From positions 1 through 64,000 of the forward strand of contig JAUVXV010000011.1 in assembly GCA_030603365.1 (NCBI GenBank): a DNA stretch of 64,000 bases, written 5' to 3'. Made by a program: the position numbers and the translations under genes. Of the stretch, positions 39,763 to 50,425 are shown piece after piece (position 1 is the first letter of the stretch; each line of letters opens with the position of its first letter). The stretch is from Candidatus Heimdallarchaeota archaeon (lineage in GTDB: Archaea > Asgardarchaeota > Heimdallarchaeia > Heimdallarchaeales > Heimdallarchaeaceae). The notes under the pieces are model-generated. The model did no database searches. It worked only from the letters and a program-made list of their open reading frames with translations, and had not been told where the DNA came from.

Positions 39763-39882
39763 CTTGCTTATTTTTTAATAGTTGAAGATAAAAGATTTTA
39801 AATCTTTCTCTCTCTTATTTCTTACTGTTCACTATCTTACTCCCTCAATGTCAATCTTTTCAAGCTCTAGTTGGGTGAAATC

Positions 39883-40070
39883 GTTAGTATAAATAGAGGC
39901 TAGTTTTGTCGAAAGCTTTGTTCGACCTTGAACTTCTTAGAGAAAGAAAAGAGGAAAAACAACAAAAATTTCTTATTTCAAAGCTTTAACTACATAACCT
40001 CTTTTTTTCTTAAGAACACACATTTGAAGTCGTATTTCCTTTTCGACAAAAAATTACTATTTATACTAGC
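39883..40070. mobile_element. MITE-like element (188 bp) with ~30-bp imperfect TIRs
   Basis: GTTAGTATAAATAG..TTTTGTCGAAA at the left; reverse complement of the right end reads GCTAGTATAAATAG..TTTTGTCGAAA; flanks AAATC / AAATT. Confidence 0.6.
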
Positions 40071-40074
40071 AAAT

Positions 40075-40209
40075 TAATCTTTGCTGAGATTCTTGCGCTA
40101 TACTTTATTGATAACAAAGATGTATGAAAGATTAAATTTAGGGAACTTCTCTTTTTTTCTTATTTTAATAAGTACTTTAGATTCTAGAAATCAATGAGTC
40201 ATTAATTAT
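40075..40209 (+). repeat. ~133-bp direct repeat, copy 2
   Basis: Near-identical to 37612-37744. Confidence 0.92.
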
Positions 40210-40620
40210 CAAGTTGTTTCAGCAAGTTCTATAACAGCTGCAATAGTAGCTTGAGTTATCTTCTTTATGAAATCAAAATCTAGTTTATCTATAGTATCTG
40301 CTTCAGTGTGGTAGTATGGATATCGAAAATTCGCTGTATCTGTTATCATAAGAGCTGGAATATTTTCCTTCCAGAAAGGAGCATGATCAGACCTAAGTGT
40401 ATCCATTAGCCATTTAGCTATCTTTTCGAATTTTAGAGGTAGTTTTACCCACAAATAGGGAAGCTTAATTTCTTCTTGTTTACATTTCTTGCAGAATAAT
40501 TTTCCTAGTTCCTTTGAGTTTTTATCACTAATAACTGAAATGAAATCCCCTATTCTTTTACGAGCTTTTACTTTGTAAGAAGGGAACATTCGTGGGTGCA
40601 TTAGAGGTGGTAAAGTCTGT
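40209..40620 (-). pseudogene. M28 peptidase C-terminal fragment (~135 aa)
   Basis: QTLPPLMHP...SDHAPFW...ELAETT*; N-terminal two thirds absent. Confidence 0.9.
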
Positions 40621-40665
40621 TCTAAGCACGTTAAACGGTTGAATTAAAGGAATGCATTTTCATAG

Positions 40666-41568
40666 TTATATTCCCAGTAGTTTTTTGGCATTATTACCTA
40701 AGATTGCTTTTTTTTCCTCCTCAGTAAAAGGTTGAACACCCATTTGTTTTAAAGGCTCGGGTACATTTAGATTCTTGATTCCTTGTACCCATTCTGATTG
40801 AGATACTATATGGGTGAACAGGGGCCAATCTGAACCGAACAATATTTTCTCTATTCCGCACGTCATTCTTGCATTTTGTAACATTTGTACGAAAATTCCT
40901 GGAACATGTTTAAACACAGATTCCCAAGCAGAGATGTCTAGATACACGTTTGGATTCTTTGCTGCAACTGCAAATGCTTGATCAGTGAATGGATTACCCA
41001 TATGAGCCATGATGAAATTAATATTTGGAAAATCAACTGCTACAGTGTCAATATAGATTGGTTGACAGTATTTTAGATAAGTATACTGTGGTCCTAAACC
41101 AGTATGTGCTAGTATGGGGACGTTAAATTCTTCAACTTTCCTGTAAAAATCATAATACTCCTTAGAATCTGGATAAAATCCAGTTAATGTCCAAAATTTT
41201 ACTCCCTTGAGACCTAATTCCTCAATACATCTTTCAAGCTCTACGATAGCCTCAATACCTCTTCGAGGATCAATCCCTGCAAATCCGATAATTTTGTCAG
41301 AATAGTTCTCAACAATATCTGCAACGTAATCATTATAAACTTTAAAATCCAACTTACTTCGGTATTTCAAGTAACCATCTACAGCAAGAATCACCGTTTT
41401 ATCGATACCTGCTTCATCCATTTCTTCCACTAAACGCTCCACAGAGCCATTAAGTACAGATTGAGGATCAGGACATTTCAAATTTCTAATTATACTTTCC
41501 AACAGTTTATTGAGATCTCCATCGATGATGGTTTCATCCCATATGTGACAATGAATATCAATTATCAT
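40666..41568 (-). CDS. Amidohydrolase family protein (Amidohydro_2)
   Basis: IIDIHCH, AHTG, AHMG, LFGSDWP, ILGNNA motifs. Confidence 0.92.
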   Translation of the reverse strand: MIIDIHCHIWDETIIDGDLNKLLESIIRNLKCPDPQSVLNGSVERLVEEMDEAGIDKTVILAVDGYLKYRSKLDFKVYNDYVADIVENYSDKIIGFAGIDPRRGIEAIVELERCIEELGLKGVKFWTLTGFYPDSKEYYDFYRKVEEFNVPILAHTGLGPQYTYLKYCQPIYIDTVAVDFPNINFIMAHMGNPFTDQAFAVAAKNPNVYLDISAWESVFKHVPGIFVQMLQNARMTCGIEKILFGSDWPLFTHIVSQSEWVQGIKNLNVPEPLKQMGVQPFTEEEKKAILGNNAKKLLGI

Positions 41569-41719
41569 TTTCTTTCCTCAGAATTTTCCAATTAAGATAG
41601 TACTAAAATAAATGAATGATACATTTTAAGTATTTCTCTGATTGGGATTAATCGTTTGATTGGATCCAAACGATCATCCACTCATCATTGTTGAATTTTA
41701 TAGAAGAACAATTATGATT

Positions 41720-42916
41720 TTATTTTTCTCTCTCTTCGGAAAAATCTAATACAGTTGCAATAGTTGCTTGAGTAACCTTCTTAATGAAATCAAAATCCAG
41801 TTTATCTATAGTATCTGCTTCAGTGTGGTAGTATGGATATCGAAAATTTGCTGTATCGGTTATCATCAAAGCTGGGATGTTTTCTTTCCAGAAGGGGGCA
41901 TGATCAGATCGAAGCAAATCCATCAACCATTTAGCTATCTTCTCGAATTTTAATGATATTTTAGCCCACAAATAAGGAAGTTTAATATCTTCATGTTTAC
42001 AATTTTTGCAGAACAGCTTACCAAGTTCCTTTGAATTTTTATCACTCACTACAGCTATAAAATCACCTATTCTTTTACGAGCTTTTACCTTATAAGAAGG
42101 AAACAAAATTGGATGCATTAATGGAGGTAGAAATTGAGAGTTTTTTCTTTTACTTGTATAACCAATTGTTTCTAAATTGATCACTCCTATAATCTTCTTA
42201 CCTTCTTCAACAGCTTTCTTAACCCAATAACCACTACCAACGAGACCTGTTTTTCCTATCCAAGATGTTCTTGTAAAATAAGATCTAGTTTCTATTATGT
42301 ATTCACAATATTCTTTTTCTGTATCAGTTAGATCATCCTTAATCTCTTCAAATGCTTTTTCCCAAGACTCTAGCAAAGGTTTCCCCTTAGCTAGTCTGAC
42401 ATGCACTTTGGAAGAGAATTTCTTTAGTTTTTTCTGAGTTTGATATGAAGTATATTTATAATTCTGATTGAATATTCCCAATTCCAATCCTTTATCTCTA
42501 TATTTTTGACCTAAGATGGGATCAAATTCTTCCAGTGTGAAACTGATAAACCGAACATTACCTGAAAAGTCTTCAGATGCTAATATTCTAGCTGTTTCTA
42601 GCATTGCAGCTACAGCTGAACCATTATCATTTGCTCCAGGAGCATTTCGAACGGTATCATAGTGACTAGTAACAAGAATTTCCGGTTTAGAACCATCCCC
42701 CATATAACCTTCAATATTCCGAAAAGTCATATCTATACCTTTTATCTCAAAGGATTGTTCATTTGTGTTCAGACCAAATTTTTGGAATTCTGATTTTATA
42801 TAATCTGCAGTTTCATTAAGCTTTTCAGGATTAGCATAAGGATGCTTAATTCCCTCAACAGATAAAACGTGCTGATAAAGCCTTTCGACATCGACTTTCT
42901 TTATTGCATCATTCAT
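41720..42916 (-). CDS. M28 family metallopeptidase (intact motifs)
   Basis: SHYDT, GANDNGS, LEE, NLETIG, RSDH, YYH motifs. Confidence 0.92.
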   Translation of the reverse strand: MNDAIKKVDVERLYQHVLSVEGIKHPYANPEKLNETADYIKSEFQKFGLNTNEQSFEIKGIDMTFRNIEGYMGDGSKPEILVTSHYDTVRNAPGANDNGSAVAAMLETARILASEDFSGNVRFISFTLEEFDPILGQKYRDKGLELGIFNQNYKYTSYQTQKKLKKFSSKVHVRLAKGKPLLESWEKAFEEIKDDLTDTEKEYCEYIIETRSYFTRTSWIGKTGLVGSGYWVKKAVEEGKKIIGVINLETIGYTSKRKNSQFLPPLMHPILFPSYKVKARKRIGDFIAVVSDKNSKELGKLFCKNCKHEDIKLPYLWAKISLKFEKIAKWLMDLLRSDHAPFWKENIPALMITDTANFRYPYYHTEADTIDKLDFDFIKKVTQATIATVLDFSEEREK

Positions 42917-43125
42917 AAGGTTATCAATCTTTTTTCATAGCACTGTATTTATATTTTCTCCAAATATCAATAATTGTAGAAGAAGAATTATAGAATTATG
43001 TTTCTTCATTTTATACAGTATTTCTTTTTTAGGAATTCTAGAATACAAAGAAAAAGAATATCACGATATCTTCTAAAATAAAGCTTTACAGATTTTTTTC
43101 AAAACCTTTTTAATTATCAAATTAA

Positions 43126-43710
43126 ATGTTAATATTGGTGTACTTCATGAAAAAAAGATATACGTACTTATTTTTTACTTCAATATTACTAATCCTTTCT
43201 TCATCTCAGATTTTTGCTCGTTCTGCTACTATGACCAGAACTGACCCGGATGGAACTAAATGTACTATGTTTGTTGGATCAGAAGAGTTTTACATAGTTG
43301 GTACTTTATTTGAACTGGAAGTACAATTGACAGCTGATATCTTTGGAACATTATCAGGTGTTGTTATTGTAGCTTTCTATGATATAACAATAAATGTCAC
43401 AATCTTAGGGGATACATATGTTACGACACAAAATACAACTCTCCCAGATATAGATACTGAAGGTGGGAGTAGTTCAACAACTGTAACATTTAATCTATCA
43501 GATATAACAGATGATGAATTTCAAGCTAAGACGCTATTTGACTTCAAGAAAAATAATACACAAGGTGAAGATCTAGATCATGGTGGTACTCTTCTTGGAA
43601 TGAGTGGAATCAGCGTCAGAGTGGAAGAAGAAGCAAATGCTAGCAATATTGCTCCGATTCTAGCAGTTCTAAGTATCGCACTTATCTTAAAAAAGAAAAG
43701 GAAGAAATAA
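43126..43710 (+). CDS. Secreted protein with a C-terminal TM plus basic-tail anchor
   Basis: N-terminal signal peptide; ends ILAVLSIALILKKKRKK. Confidence 0.75.
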   Translation: MLILVYFMKKRYTYLFFTSILLILSSSQIFARSATMTRTDPDGTKCTMFVGSEEFYIVGTLFELEVQLTADIFGTLSGVVIVAFYDITINVTILGDTYVTTQNTTLPDIDTEGGSSSTTVTFNLSDITDDEFQAKTLFDFKKNNTQGEDLDHGGTLLGMSGISVRVEEEANASNIAPILAVLSIALILKKKRKK

Positions 43711-43939
43711 GCTAATTCTAGGTTGACATAGAGATTTGAAAAACACCAGAATTAGTATTAACTGTGATTCTTTTGGTCATTGGATATAATGAACTTCTGA
43801 CTCTTGGATAGGGAAGTAGAAACTGCAAAACTTCGTGTGACTGTTATCAAGGACATTTATATCATAGAAAATCACTACTATCACAAAATCTTACTACTGT
43901 ATAAGGGACACATTAAACCTGAAGAAACATTCAAATAAA

Positions 43940-44086
43940 CTAGAGAGGAAGGAGAATTAGGAAATGCAGCATATCAACTTTCTCTGATTTAAGTGTAGGT
44001 TTTTCGAGCTTTGCCCCACAATATGTACAAAATTTATCGTCAACTAGATTGGTTTGACCACAGTTAACACAGAATGTTAAAGACAT
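43940..44086 (-). pseudogene. Truncated zinc-ribbon protein
   Basis: FCVNCG..FCTYCG followed by an early stop. Confidence 0.55.
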
Positions 44087-44168
44087 TTTAAAGCCTAGTA
44101 TCATTCCATGAAATAAAAGTGTTCTCAATGAAGGAATATTTTTTAATAACTACTAGAATATTTAAAGT

Positions 44169-45197
44169 ATGAAAGTAGGTATTTTAACCGGAGGAGGAGA
44201 CTGTCCAGGATTAAATGCAGTTATCAGAGCTATAGGAAAAAAAGGGATAGTTCACTATGATGATGAATTCATAGGTCTTAAAAATGGTTGGGCAGGATTA
44301 ATGTCTCTTGATTATATTCAATTAGAGAGACACAATTTTTCTGGTATTCTCCATCTAGGTGGAACTATTCTAGGTTCTTCACGAACCAATCCTGAGAAGG
44401 AAGAAGGAGGGTATGATCTTGCTATAAAAAATTTCAAGGAGCTTGGGCTTGATGCACTTATAGTGATTGGGGGGAATGACACACTAGGAGTTGCAGTGAA
44501 GCTTCATGAGTTAGGTATACCCATAGTAGGTGTACCCAAAACAATAGATAATGACATTTGCGCAACAGATATGACTTTTGGTTTTGACACAGCTGTATCA
44601 GTAGCTACTGAAGCAATCGATAGATTACATACAACAGCTGAATCACATCATAGATGTATAGTTGTTGAAGTGATGGGTCGACATGCAGGATGGATAGCTA
44701 CTCATTCGGGTATAGCTGGTGGAGCTGATTATGTACTGATCCCTGAACAACCATATGAAATAAAGGATATTACTGATAAAATTCAACTTAGAATGAATAG
44801 AGGAAAATTTTTCTCAATTGTAGTAGTAGCTGAAGGTGTCGAACTCAGAGTAGAGGGATATGATATTCAGACAAGAGAAACTGATGATTTTGGTAATATT
44901 CGTTTAGGGGGAATTGGAGATCTCCTAGCAAGAGAGATAGAGAAAAGAATTGGTATTGAATCTCGTGCTGTTGTACTAGGACATGTACAACGTGGTGGGA
45001 CTCCTACTGCATATGACAGAGTACTTGGAACAAAGTATGGTATAGCAGCAATTGATATGGTTCATGAAGGAAATTTTGGAATGATGACTGCACTACATGG
45101 AACTAAAGTTGTTCCTGTTCCAATAGAAGATGGAGTGAAAGAATCTAAGATTGTTGACAAAGATACTTATGAAATAGCTAAAGTATTTTTTGGATAG
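44169..45197 (+). CDS. 6-phosphofructokinase (PfkA family, probably PPi-dependent)
   Basis: GGGDCPGLN, GGNDT, PKTIDND, MGR, LGHVQRGG motifs. Confidence 0.93.
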   Translation: MKVGILTGGGDCPGLNAVIRAIGKKGIVHYDDEFIGLKNGWAGLMSLDYIQLERHNFSGILHLGGTILGSSRTNPEKEEGGYDLAIKNFKELGLDALIVIGGNDTLGVAVKLHELGIPIVGVPKTIDNDICATDMTFGFDTAVSVATEAIDRLHTTAESHHRCIVVEVMGRHAGWIATHSGIAGGADYVLIPEQPYEIKDITDKIQLRMNRGKFFSIVVVAEGVELRVEGYDIQTRETDDFGNIRLGGIGDLLAREIEKRIGIESRAVVLGHVQRGGTPTAYDRVLGTKYGIAAIDMVHEGNFGMMTALHGTKVVPVPIEDGVKESKIVDKDTYEIAKVFFG

Positions 45198-45219
45198 TAT
45201 TTTCTTATTAAGCTAAATC

Positions 45220-45624
45220 TTAGAAACAATCACATAAACCTAAGCATTGCAGAAATTTGAACCAGGTTTTTCTTTGGTCAACATAGAATCTTCTAAAGTA
45301 GTAACCAGCAATTAAAGCGGTTATTCCAAAAATACCAGTAACTATGTATGCCCAAATTTCGTAATAGTCTAATCCTGTTATGAGATAAATCATTACAAGG
45401 GTAGCTATGGCTGATACAACCCAAGTAGTTACAATTAGTATCATCTTTCTTTGTTCTTTCTTTTTAGTTTCTTCCTTTCCTTCAGGTTCTATTTGATATT
45501 TAACAGGTAAATGTTGTTGTTTTAGTGCAAGTATCTCATTTTCTAGATCACCACCACAAAATTTGCAGAATTGACCATCAACAACTATTTTTTCTTTGCA
45601 ATGAGGACAATCTATTTCAAACAT
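45220..45624 (-). CDS. Zinc-ribbon membrane protein with a Cys-rich tail
   Basis: CPHC..CKFC, LPVKYQ, two TM helices, ends CLGLCDCF. Confidence 0.75.
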   Translation of the reverse strand: MFEIDCPHCKEKIVVDGQFCKFCGGDLENEILALKQQHLPVKYQIEPEGKEETKKKEQRKMILIVTTWVVSAIATLVMIYLITGLDYYEIWAYIVTGIFGITALIAGYYFRRFYVDQRKTWFKFLQCLGLCDCF

Positions 45625-45705
45625 TCCAAAAAACTGATTCTCATAAGAAATTATAAGTATTGTGAAGAAATGATTTACCAGAAAAAGAAGGGGATGAAGT
45701 TTGGT

Positions 45706-45882
45706 TTAGTCTTTCTGCAGAAATGCATATAATGCAAATGTTTCTTGGTCGCAGTTTATAATTTTCCAGCCTTCATTTAGGTACTTCTGAACTTCATCTT
45801 CAAAAGCTTGGATAAATTCAGCAATTGTGTTATATCTTGTTGGTCTTTGATTAACCATTCTAATTACTTTAAATTTGAACAA
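45706..45882 (-). CDS. Small hypothetical protein (58 aa, below the ORF-track cutoff)
   Basis: TTG-start frame FKFKVIRMVNQR..VQKYLNEGWKII..FLQKD* fills the intergenic gap. Confidence 0.4.
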   Translation of the reverse strand: MFKFKVIRMVNQRPTRYNTIAEFIQAFEDEVQKYLNEGWKIINCDQETFALYAFLQKD

Positions 45883-45943
45883 AGAGTTGAATTAGACTTG
45901 TTTCATAAAATTTTTTCCCTCCTAAAAGAAGAAATATTTTTCT

Positions 45944-46675
45944 ATGCTTACAACAAATGTCAAACTTAAAAAAGGAGAATATTCTTCTATTTTAAGAAGA
46001 GTCTCTTATGCCATGTTTGTGAGGAAAGGAAAAAGGTTCCTAAAAAAAGAGTCTGGGGTTAATGCATTGAAACAACTGATACTAATTAAAAATAAGGATA
46101 AAGAGAAAGCTGCTGATACCCTTGCAAAAGCATTCATGAATGATCCTTTGAGTTGTTGGTTTTTTGAGGATGAAGAAACAAGATATAGTTATCTTTTAGA
46201 TTACTTCAATTTCAGAGTTAGTTATGGAATGAGATATGGAGAAGTTTATGCAACATCTTACAGATATGAAGGGATAGCTATTTGGTTACCAGGGGAAAAA
46301 GCAGAAGTAACTAACTGGAGAGGGATGAGAAGTGGAGGGATGAAACTATATAATAAAATAAGTAGTGATATAATGACACAGTTTAACCAAGTTGGTCATT
46401 ATACAACTGAGTTCAGAAACAATTTGATCCAACCTCCATATTACCAATTATCTCCTATTGGAGTAAAACCTGAATTTCAGGGAAAAGGATTTGGAAGTAA
46501 ACTATTAAAACCAATGCTCGAGAGATTCGATGAAGAAGAGATAACTTGTTTTCTAGAAACTCAAACTGAATCAAATCTACCGATTTATGAAAAACTAGGT
46601 TTCAAAATAATAAAAGAAGGTAAAATTCCAAAAGCTAATTTATCTCATTGGGGAATGATTAGAAAACCAAAATAA
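45944..46675 (+). CDS. GNAT N-acetyltransferase
   Basis: LAKAFMNDP, GVKPEFQGKGFGS, YEKLGF motifs; true start probably further downstream. Confidence 0.88.
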   Translation: MLTTNVKLKKGEYSSILRRVSYAMFVRKGKRFLKKESGVNALKQLILIKNKDKEKAADTLAKAFMNDPLSCWFFEDEETRYSYLLDYFNFRVSYGMRYGEVYATSYRYEGIAIWLPGEKAEVTNWRGMRSGGMKLYNKISSDIMTQFNQVGHYTTEFRNNLIQPPYYQLSPIGVKPEFQGKGFGSKLLKPMLERFDEEEITCFLETQTESNLPIYEKLGFKIIKEGKIPKANLSHWGMIRKPK

Positions 46676-46756
46676 AACAAAGAACAAGTAATAGTAAATT
46701 GTATTTTACAAACGGAAAAAGAAAAAGAAAAAGAATTATTTTATAAAACAGCGATA

Positions 46757-47734
46757 TTATAAGAAATCTCTTGATAATGCTTCTATATCATCCATTTCAG
46801 TTTTAGTTAATTCAATTCTCATAGCTTTGCCATTTTCTTCTGCATGTTTAGGTTTGGTAGCGCCAGGAATTGCTACAACAGTTTCACCATGATAATTAAC
46901 TAACCAATTCAAAGCAACTTGTGATATAGTAGCTTGATGATTTTTGGCAATAATATCCATCTCTTTGACAAGTTCCAAGCTTTTGTTAAGATAACGTTTG
47001 ATCATAATTCTCTTTCCCATAAGTTTGCTTTTCAGTACATCAGGTTCAAAATGGAATATTCCAGTTAGAACACCCATTTGCAATGGAGACCAAGCTATAA
47101 TTGTTATTCCTAATTCTTTAGCAGTTTCAAGAACTCCATTGCTCTCTATATTTCTATGAACAAGACTGTAGTTAACCTGATTAGAAGCAAGAGGAATTCC
47201 CATTTCAGCTAAAACATCATGAGCTTCCCTCATCTTATCTGCTGAAAAATTACTTATTCCTATAGATTTGATTTTGCCATTCTCAATTAACTTAACCATA
47301 CCATAAAGTTGCTTCTTTAGTGACGAAACGGACATAGGATTGTGAATCTGATGAAGGTCAATAGAGTAAGGTTCAAGGTATTTTAATCTATCATCGATAG
47401 TTTTTGTTATTGATTTAGCTCTACGGAATATTGGGCTCCATTTGGTAGCGATGACTATGTCTTTATCAGATTTTCCAGCTGCTTGAAGACCTTTAGAAAG
47501 TTTAGTTTCAGAGATTCCTGACCCATACGCTTCAGCTGTATCAAACCAATTGATATTATTATCAAGAGCTGCTTTTATAATACTTTTAGCTATTTCATCT
47601 TCTAACTCGGGATATAAAAATTTCATAAAGGTGTGACCACCTGCAAATTGCATTACACCTTGACCAATAGGAGAAATTTTGAGGTTAGTTTTCCCTAGTT
47701 TCCTTTTAGAAATAGTATCATTCTTTTGGCTCAT
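46757..47734 (-). CDS. Aldo/keto reductase
   Basis: FDTAEAYG, IATK, IGISNF, AWSPL, AIPG motifs. Confidence 0.93.
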   Translation of the reverse strand: MSQKNDTISKRKLGKTNLKISPIGQGVMQFAGGHTFMKFLYPELEDEIAKSIIKAALDNNINWFDTAEAYGSGISETKLSKGLQAAGKSDKDIVIATKWSPIFRRAKSITKTIDDRLKYLEPYSIDLHQIHNPMSVSSLKKQLYGMVKLIENGKIKSIGISNFSADKMREAHDVLAEMGIPLASNQVNYSLVHRNIESNGVLETAKELGITIIAWSPLQMGVLTGIFHFEPDVLKSKLMGKRIMIKRYLNKSLELVKEMDIIAKNHQATISQVALNWLVNYHGETVVAIPGATKPKHAEENGKAMRIELTKTEMDDIEALSRDFL

Positions 47735-47820
47735 ACTCCGTTTTTAAAAAATCAGATAATAAAGTTAATGGAGTAACAAATGTAAGAAGTCAGATTAGAA
47801 ATGGAAGTGGTATAAGAATC

Positions 47821-48324
47821 TTAACAATCACATCCACCACAATCACCACAATCACAACCTCCACAATCACTACTACAGTCTGCACAACTGCAACCACCAC
47901 AATCACCACAACCAGAACAATCTGAACTCCAACATCCTGTTCCTGTTGAACGACTTGGAGAGATGATTAGGTTAGTAATAGAGGCGATTATAAATAAAAC
48001 ACCCAATACACCCATTAGAATAAAGTGCCAAAGTTGGTAATTTCTAAGGAATACGAAGAGTAGAATCAATGCTACTAATAGCAAAAGAGTAGAAATTCTA
48101 AAAAACAGTTGTACTGGTTTTTGTTTTTCCTTTTGTATTTTTGCTATAGGTTGACCTGGATGAGGTTGATAAGGAGGTGCTTTAGGTTCGGTTTGATATT
48201 TTATTGGTAGTTTTCTCTGTTTATATCTAAGGATTACCTGTTCTAAATCTGTACCACAGTATTCACAAAATTTACCTTCGGCAGCATGCTTCTTACCACA
48301 ATTTGGACAAAAGACTCCAGACAT
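47821..48324 (-). CDS. Zinc-ribbon membrane protein with a Cys/Gly/Asp-rich tail
   Basis: CPNC..CEYC, LPIKYQ, two TM helices, CGGCDC repeats. Confidence 0.78.
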   Translation of the reverse strand: MSGVFCPNCGKKHAAEGKFCEYCGTDLEQVILRYKQRKLPIKYQTEPKAPPYQPHPGQPIAKIQKEKQKPVQLFFRISTLLLLVALILLFVFLRNYQLWHFILMGVLGVLFIIASITNLIISPSRSTGTGCWSSDCSGCGDCGGCSCADCSSDCGGCDCGDCGGCDC

Positions 48325-48620
48325 ATCAAAATATATGTTCTACGAAGTTATATATAAATCTAGAATGTAAAACTTAGTTTGTAGAGAGAAATTTCACGTT
48401 TTTTTTAACAGTATAATATATTACAGTAGAAAAAGCAAATTATCTATTGATTCAGAGAAAACAGAAAGAATCTATTTTGTTTATCTATTTAGACAATAGA
48501 TTTTCATTTAAATTTTAAAAATCCTATTGAGAAAGATTAGAATTGATACAGAAATGACTTTCCTTTGGTATGCGAATTACTTAATAAGCCCTTAGATATA
48601 TAGTTAGTTTGGTGTAGTAA

Positions 48621-50324
48621 ATGAGGAAAAAAATAGGTTTATCTTTACTAATTATTTCGATGTTTTTAATTTCGATAATGTTCAGCCAAACGAGATCAGA
48701 AATTGACAATGTTGATAATCAAGATTTAGAAACAAATTATACAATATCATCACCAATCTTAATAGAAAAAGACTTGGATTTTGGACCAGATGGGTATAAT
48801 TTTCCTGGATCAGGATTTGCAGCAGATCCATATCTTATTCAAAATCTAAATATAACTGCTCCAGGCACTTATGGAATAAAAATCAGTGATGTTTCTGCAG
48901 CAGTGCACTTTGAGATAAGAGATTGCTATATTCTAGCTGATGATCCTATTATTCTGAATACTATTTTAAGTCCAGAAACAGTAATTATCAATAACACATT
49001 AATTGCTGACTTCTATTCAGGAGATGGAATATATGTTAACAACACCGATGATCTTACTATTGACGATAACTATATCTCTGAATGTATAAATGGAGTATAC
49101 ATTGAAAACTCAAACAATCTGAATATTGTAAATAACCATTTTAATGAGAATATTTATGCAATTCAAGGTTATCATTTTACGGGATCTTTAATTGAATTCA
49201 ATACATTTGAAAAGAATAGAGAACTTTATTTTGGAAGTAGTGGAAATCTAGATTTCTTTGATAATACTTTCTTAAATAATGATCATGGTCTCCGATTTAG
49301 CTCTGTAGATTTCACAGTAATTACTGACAATATTTTCATAGACAATATCGGTTATGCAATTAAATTTCTATCAGGAACTGATTGTAAAGTCTATCATAAT
49401 TACTTCATAAGAAATGGAATATCCTTCTTATCACAAGTATATGATGAAGCTCATTTAGGTGGAAATGAATGGGACTATGGAGGAGTAGGGAATTTCTGGC
49501 TTGATCTAGGGGATAAAATATACTATCCCATTGATGGAGATGATTCTACATTTGATTACTATCCCTTCTATAACTCTGACAGTGATAGCCTAAATGATTA
49601 TGAAGAAATAATACTATACAACACAAATCCTTACTCTGAAGATAGTGACTCAGATGATATTCCTGATGATTTTGAAGTGTATAATGGTTTAGATCCTCTA
49701 ATAGATGACGCGAGTGATGATCCGGATACTGATGAATTAACTAACATATTTGAGTATTATTACGGTACAATCCCCCTTAACCCAGATTCAGATGGCGATC
49801 TGATGCCTGATGGATATGAAGTTTTTCATGCACTTAATCCACTAGTAGATGACAGCTCTTTTGATTTAGATGGAGACGGTTTTTCGAATTATCAAGAATA
49901 TGTTTTAGGACTTATGCCTAACAAAGTTGATTCAGATTCTGACGGAATGGATGATTATTGGGAACACTATAATGGTCTTAATCCTCTTATAAATGATGCT
50001 TGGGAAGATCCTGATGATGATAAATTGAATAATTTCCTAGAATATATCTATGCTTGTGATCCTCAAGACAGTGATTCTGATGATGACGGTCATGATGATG
50101 GCTGGGAAATCCTTCAGGGAACAAATCCAAATGATCCAACAGATTATCCATTAACAACATATGAACCTCAACCGACTGAAACTGATACTTTTCCAACAGA
50201 AGAGAGTACATTCTTTCTTATAGCAAGTTTACTAGCTCTACTAATATTTACTGGATTTTCACTTAGAAAGAAACGAAGAGAAACTAAGAAATTAGAGGAA
50301 ATCTTAAAACTATATTTTCCTTAA
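48621..50324 (+). CDS. Surface protein: beta-helix plus DxDxDG Ca-binding (TSP3-like) repeats plus C-terminal TM
   Basis: Signal peptide, DPYLI, GNFW, repeated DSDGDxxxD, TM and basic tail. Confidence 0.85.
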   Translation: MRKKIGLSLLIISMFLISIMFSQTRSEIDNVDNQDLETNYTISSPILIEKDLDFGPDGYNFPGSGFAADPYLIQNLNITAPGTYGIKISDVSAAVHFEIRDCYILADDPIILNTILSPETVIINNTLIADFYSGDGIYVNNTDDLTIDDNYISECINGVYIENSNNLNIVNNHFNENIYAIQGYHFTGSLIEFNTFEKNRELYFGSSGNLDFFDNTFLNNDHGLRFSSVDFTVITDNIFIDNIGYAIKFLSGTDCKVYHNYFIRNGISFLSQVYDEAHLGGNEWDYGGVGNFWLDLGDKIYYPIDGDDSTFDYYPFYNSDSDSLNDYEEIILYNTNPYSEDSDSDDIPDDFEVYNGLDPLIDDASDDPDTDELTNIFEYYYGTIPLNPDSDGDLMPDGYEVFHALNPLVDDSSFDLDGDGFSNYQEYVLGLMPNKVDSDSDGMDDYWEHYNGLNPLINDAWEDPDDDKLNNFLEYIYACDPQDSDSDDDGHDDGWEILQGTNPNDPTDYPLTTYEPQPTETDTFPTEESTFFLIASLLALLIFTGFSLRKKRRETKKLEEILKLYFP

Positions 50325-50425
50325 TTCTTATCTTTTTTCATTCTAAGAACAAAGACAACTCATTATGTTAATTTGTAAGCAAAACAATTTAATAATAGTA
50401 ACTTTGTAAATATAATGATGTATAA

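Noticed and set aside
47821-47930. ACCACAATC-like repeats as a non-coding repeat
   Set aside because: They encode the Cys/Gly/Asp tail of the zinc-ribbon protein.
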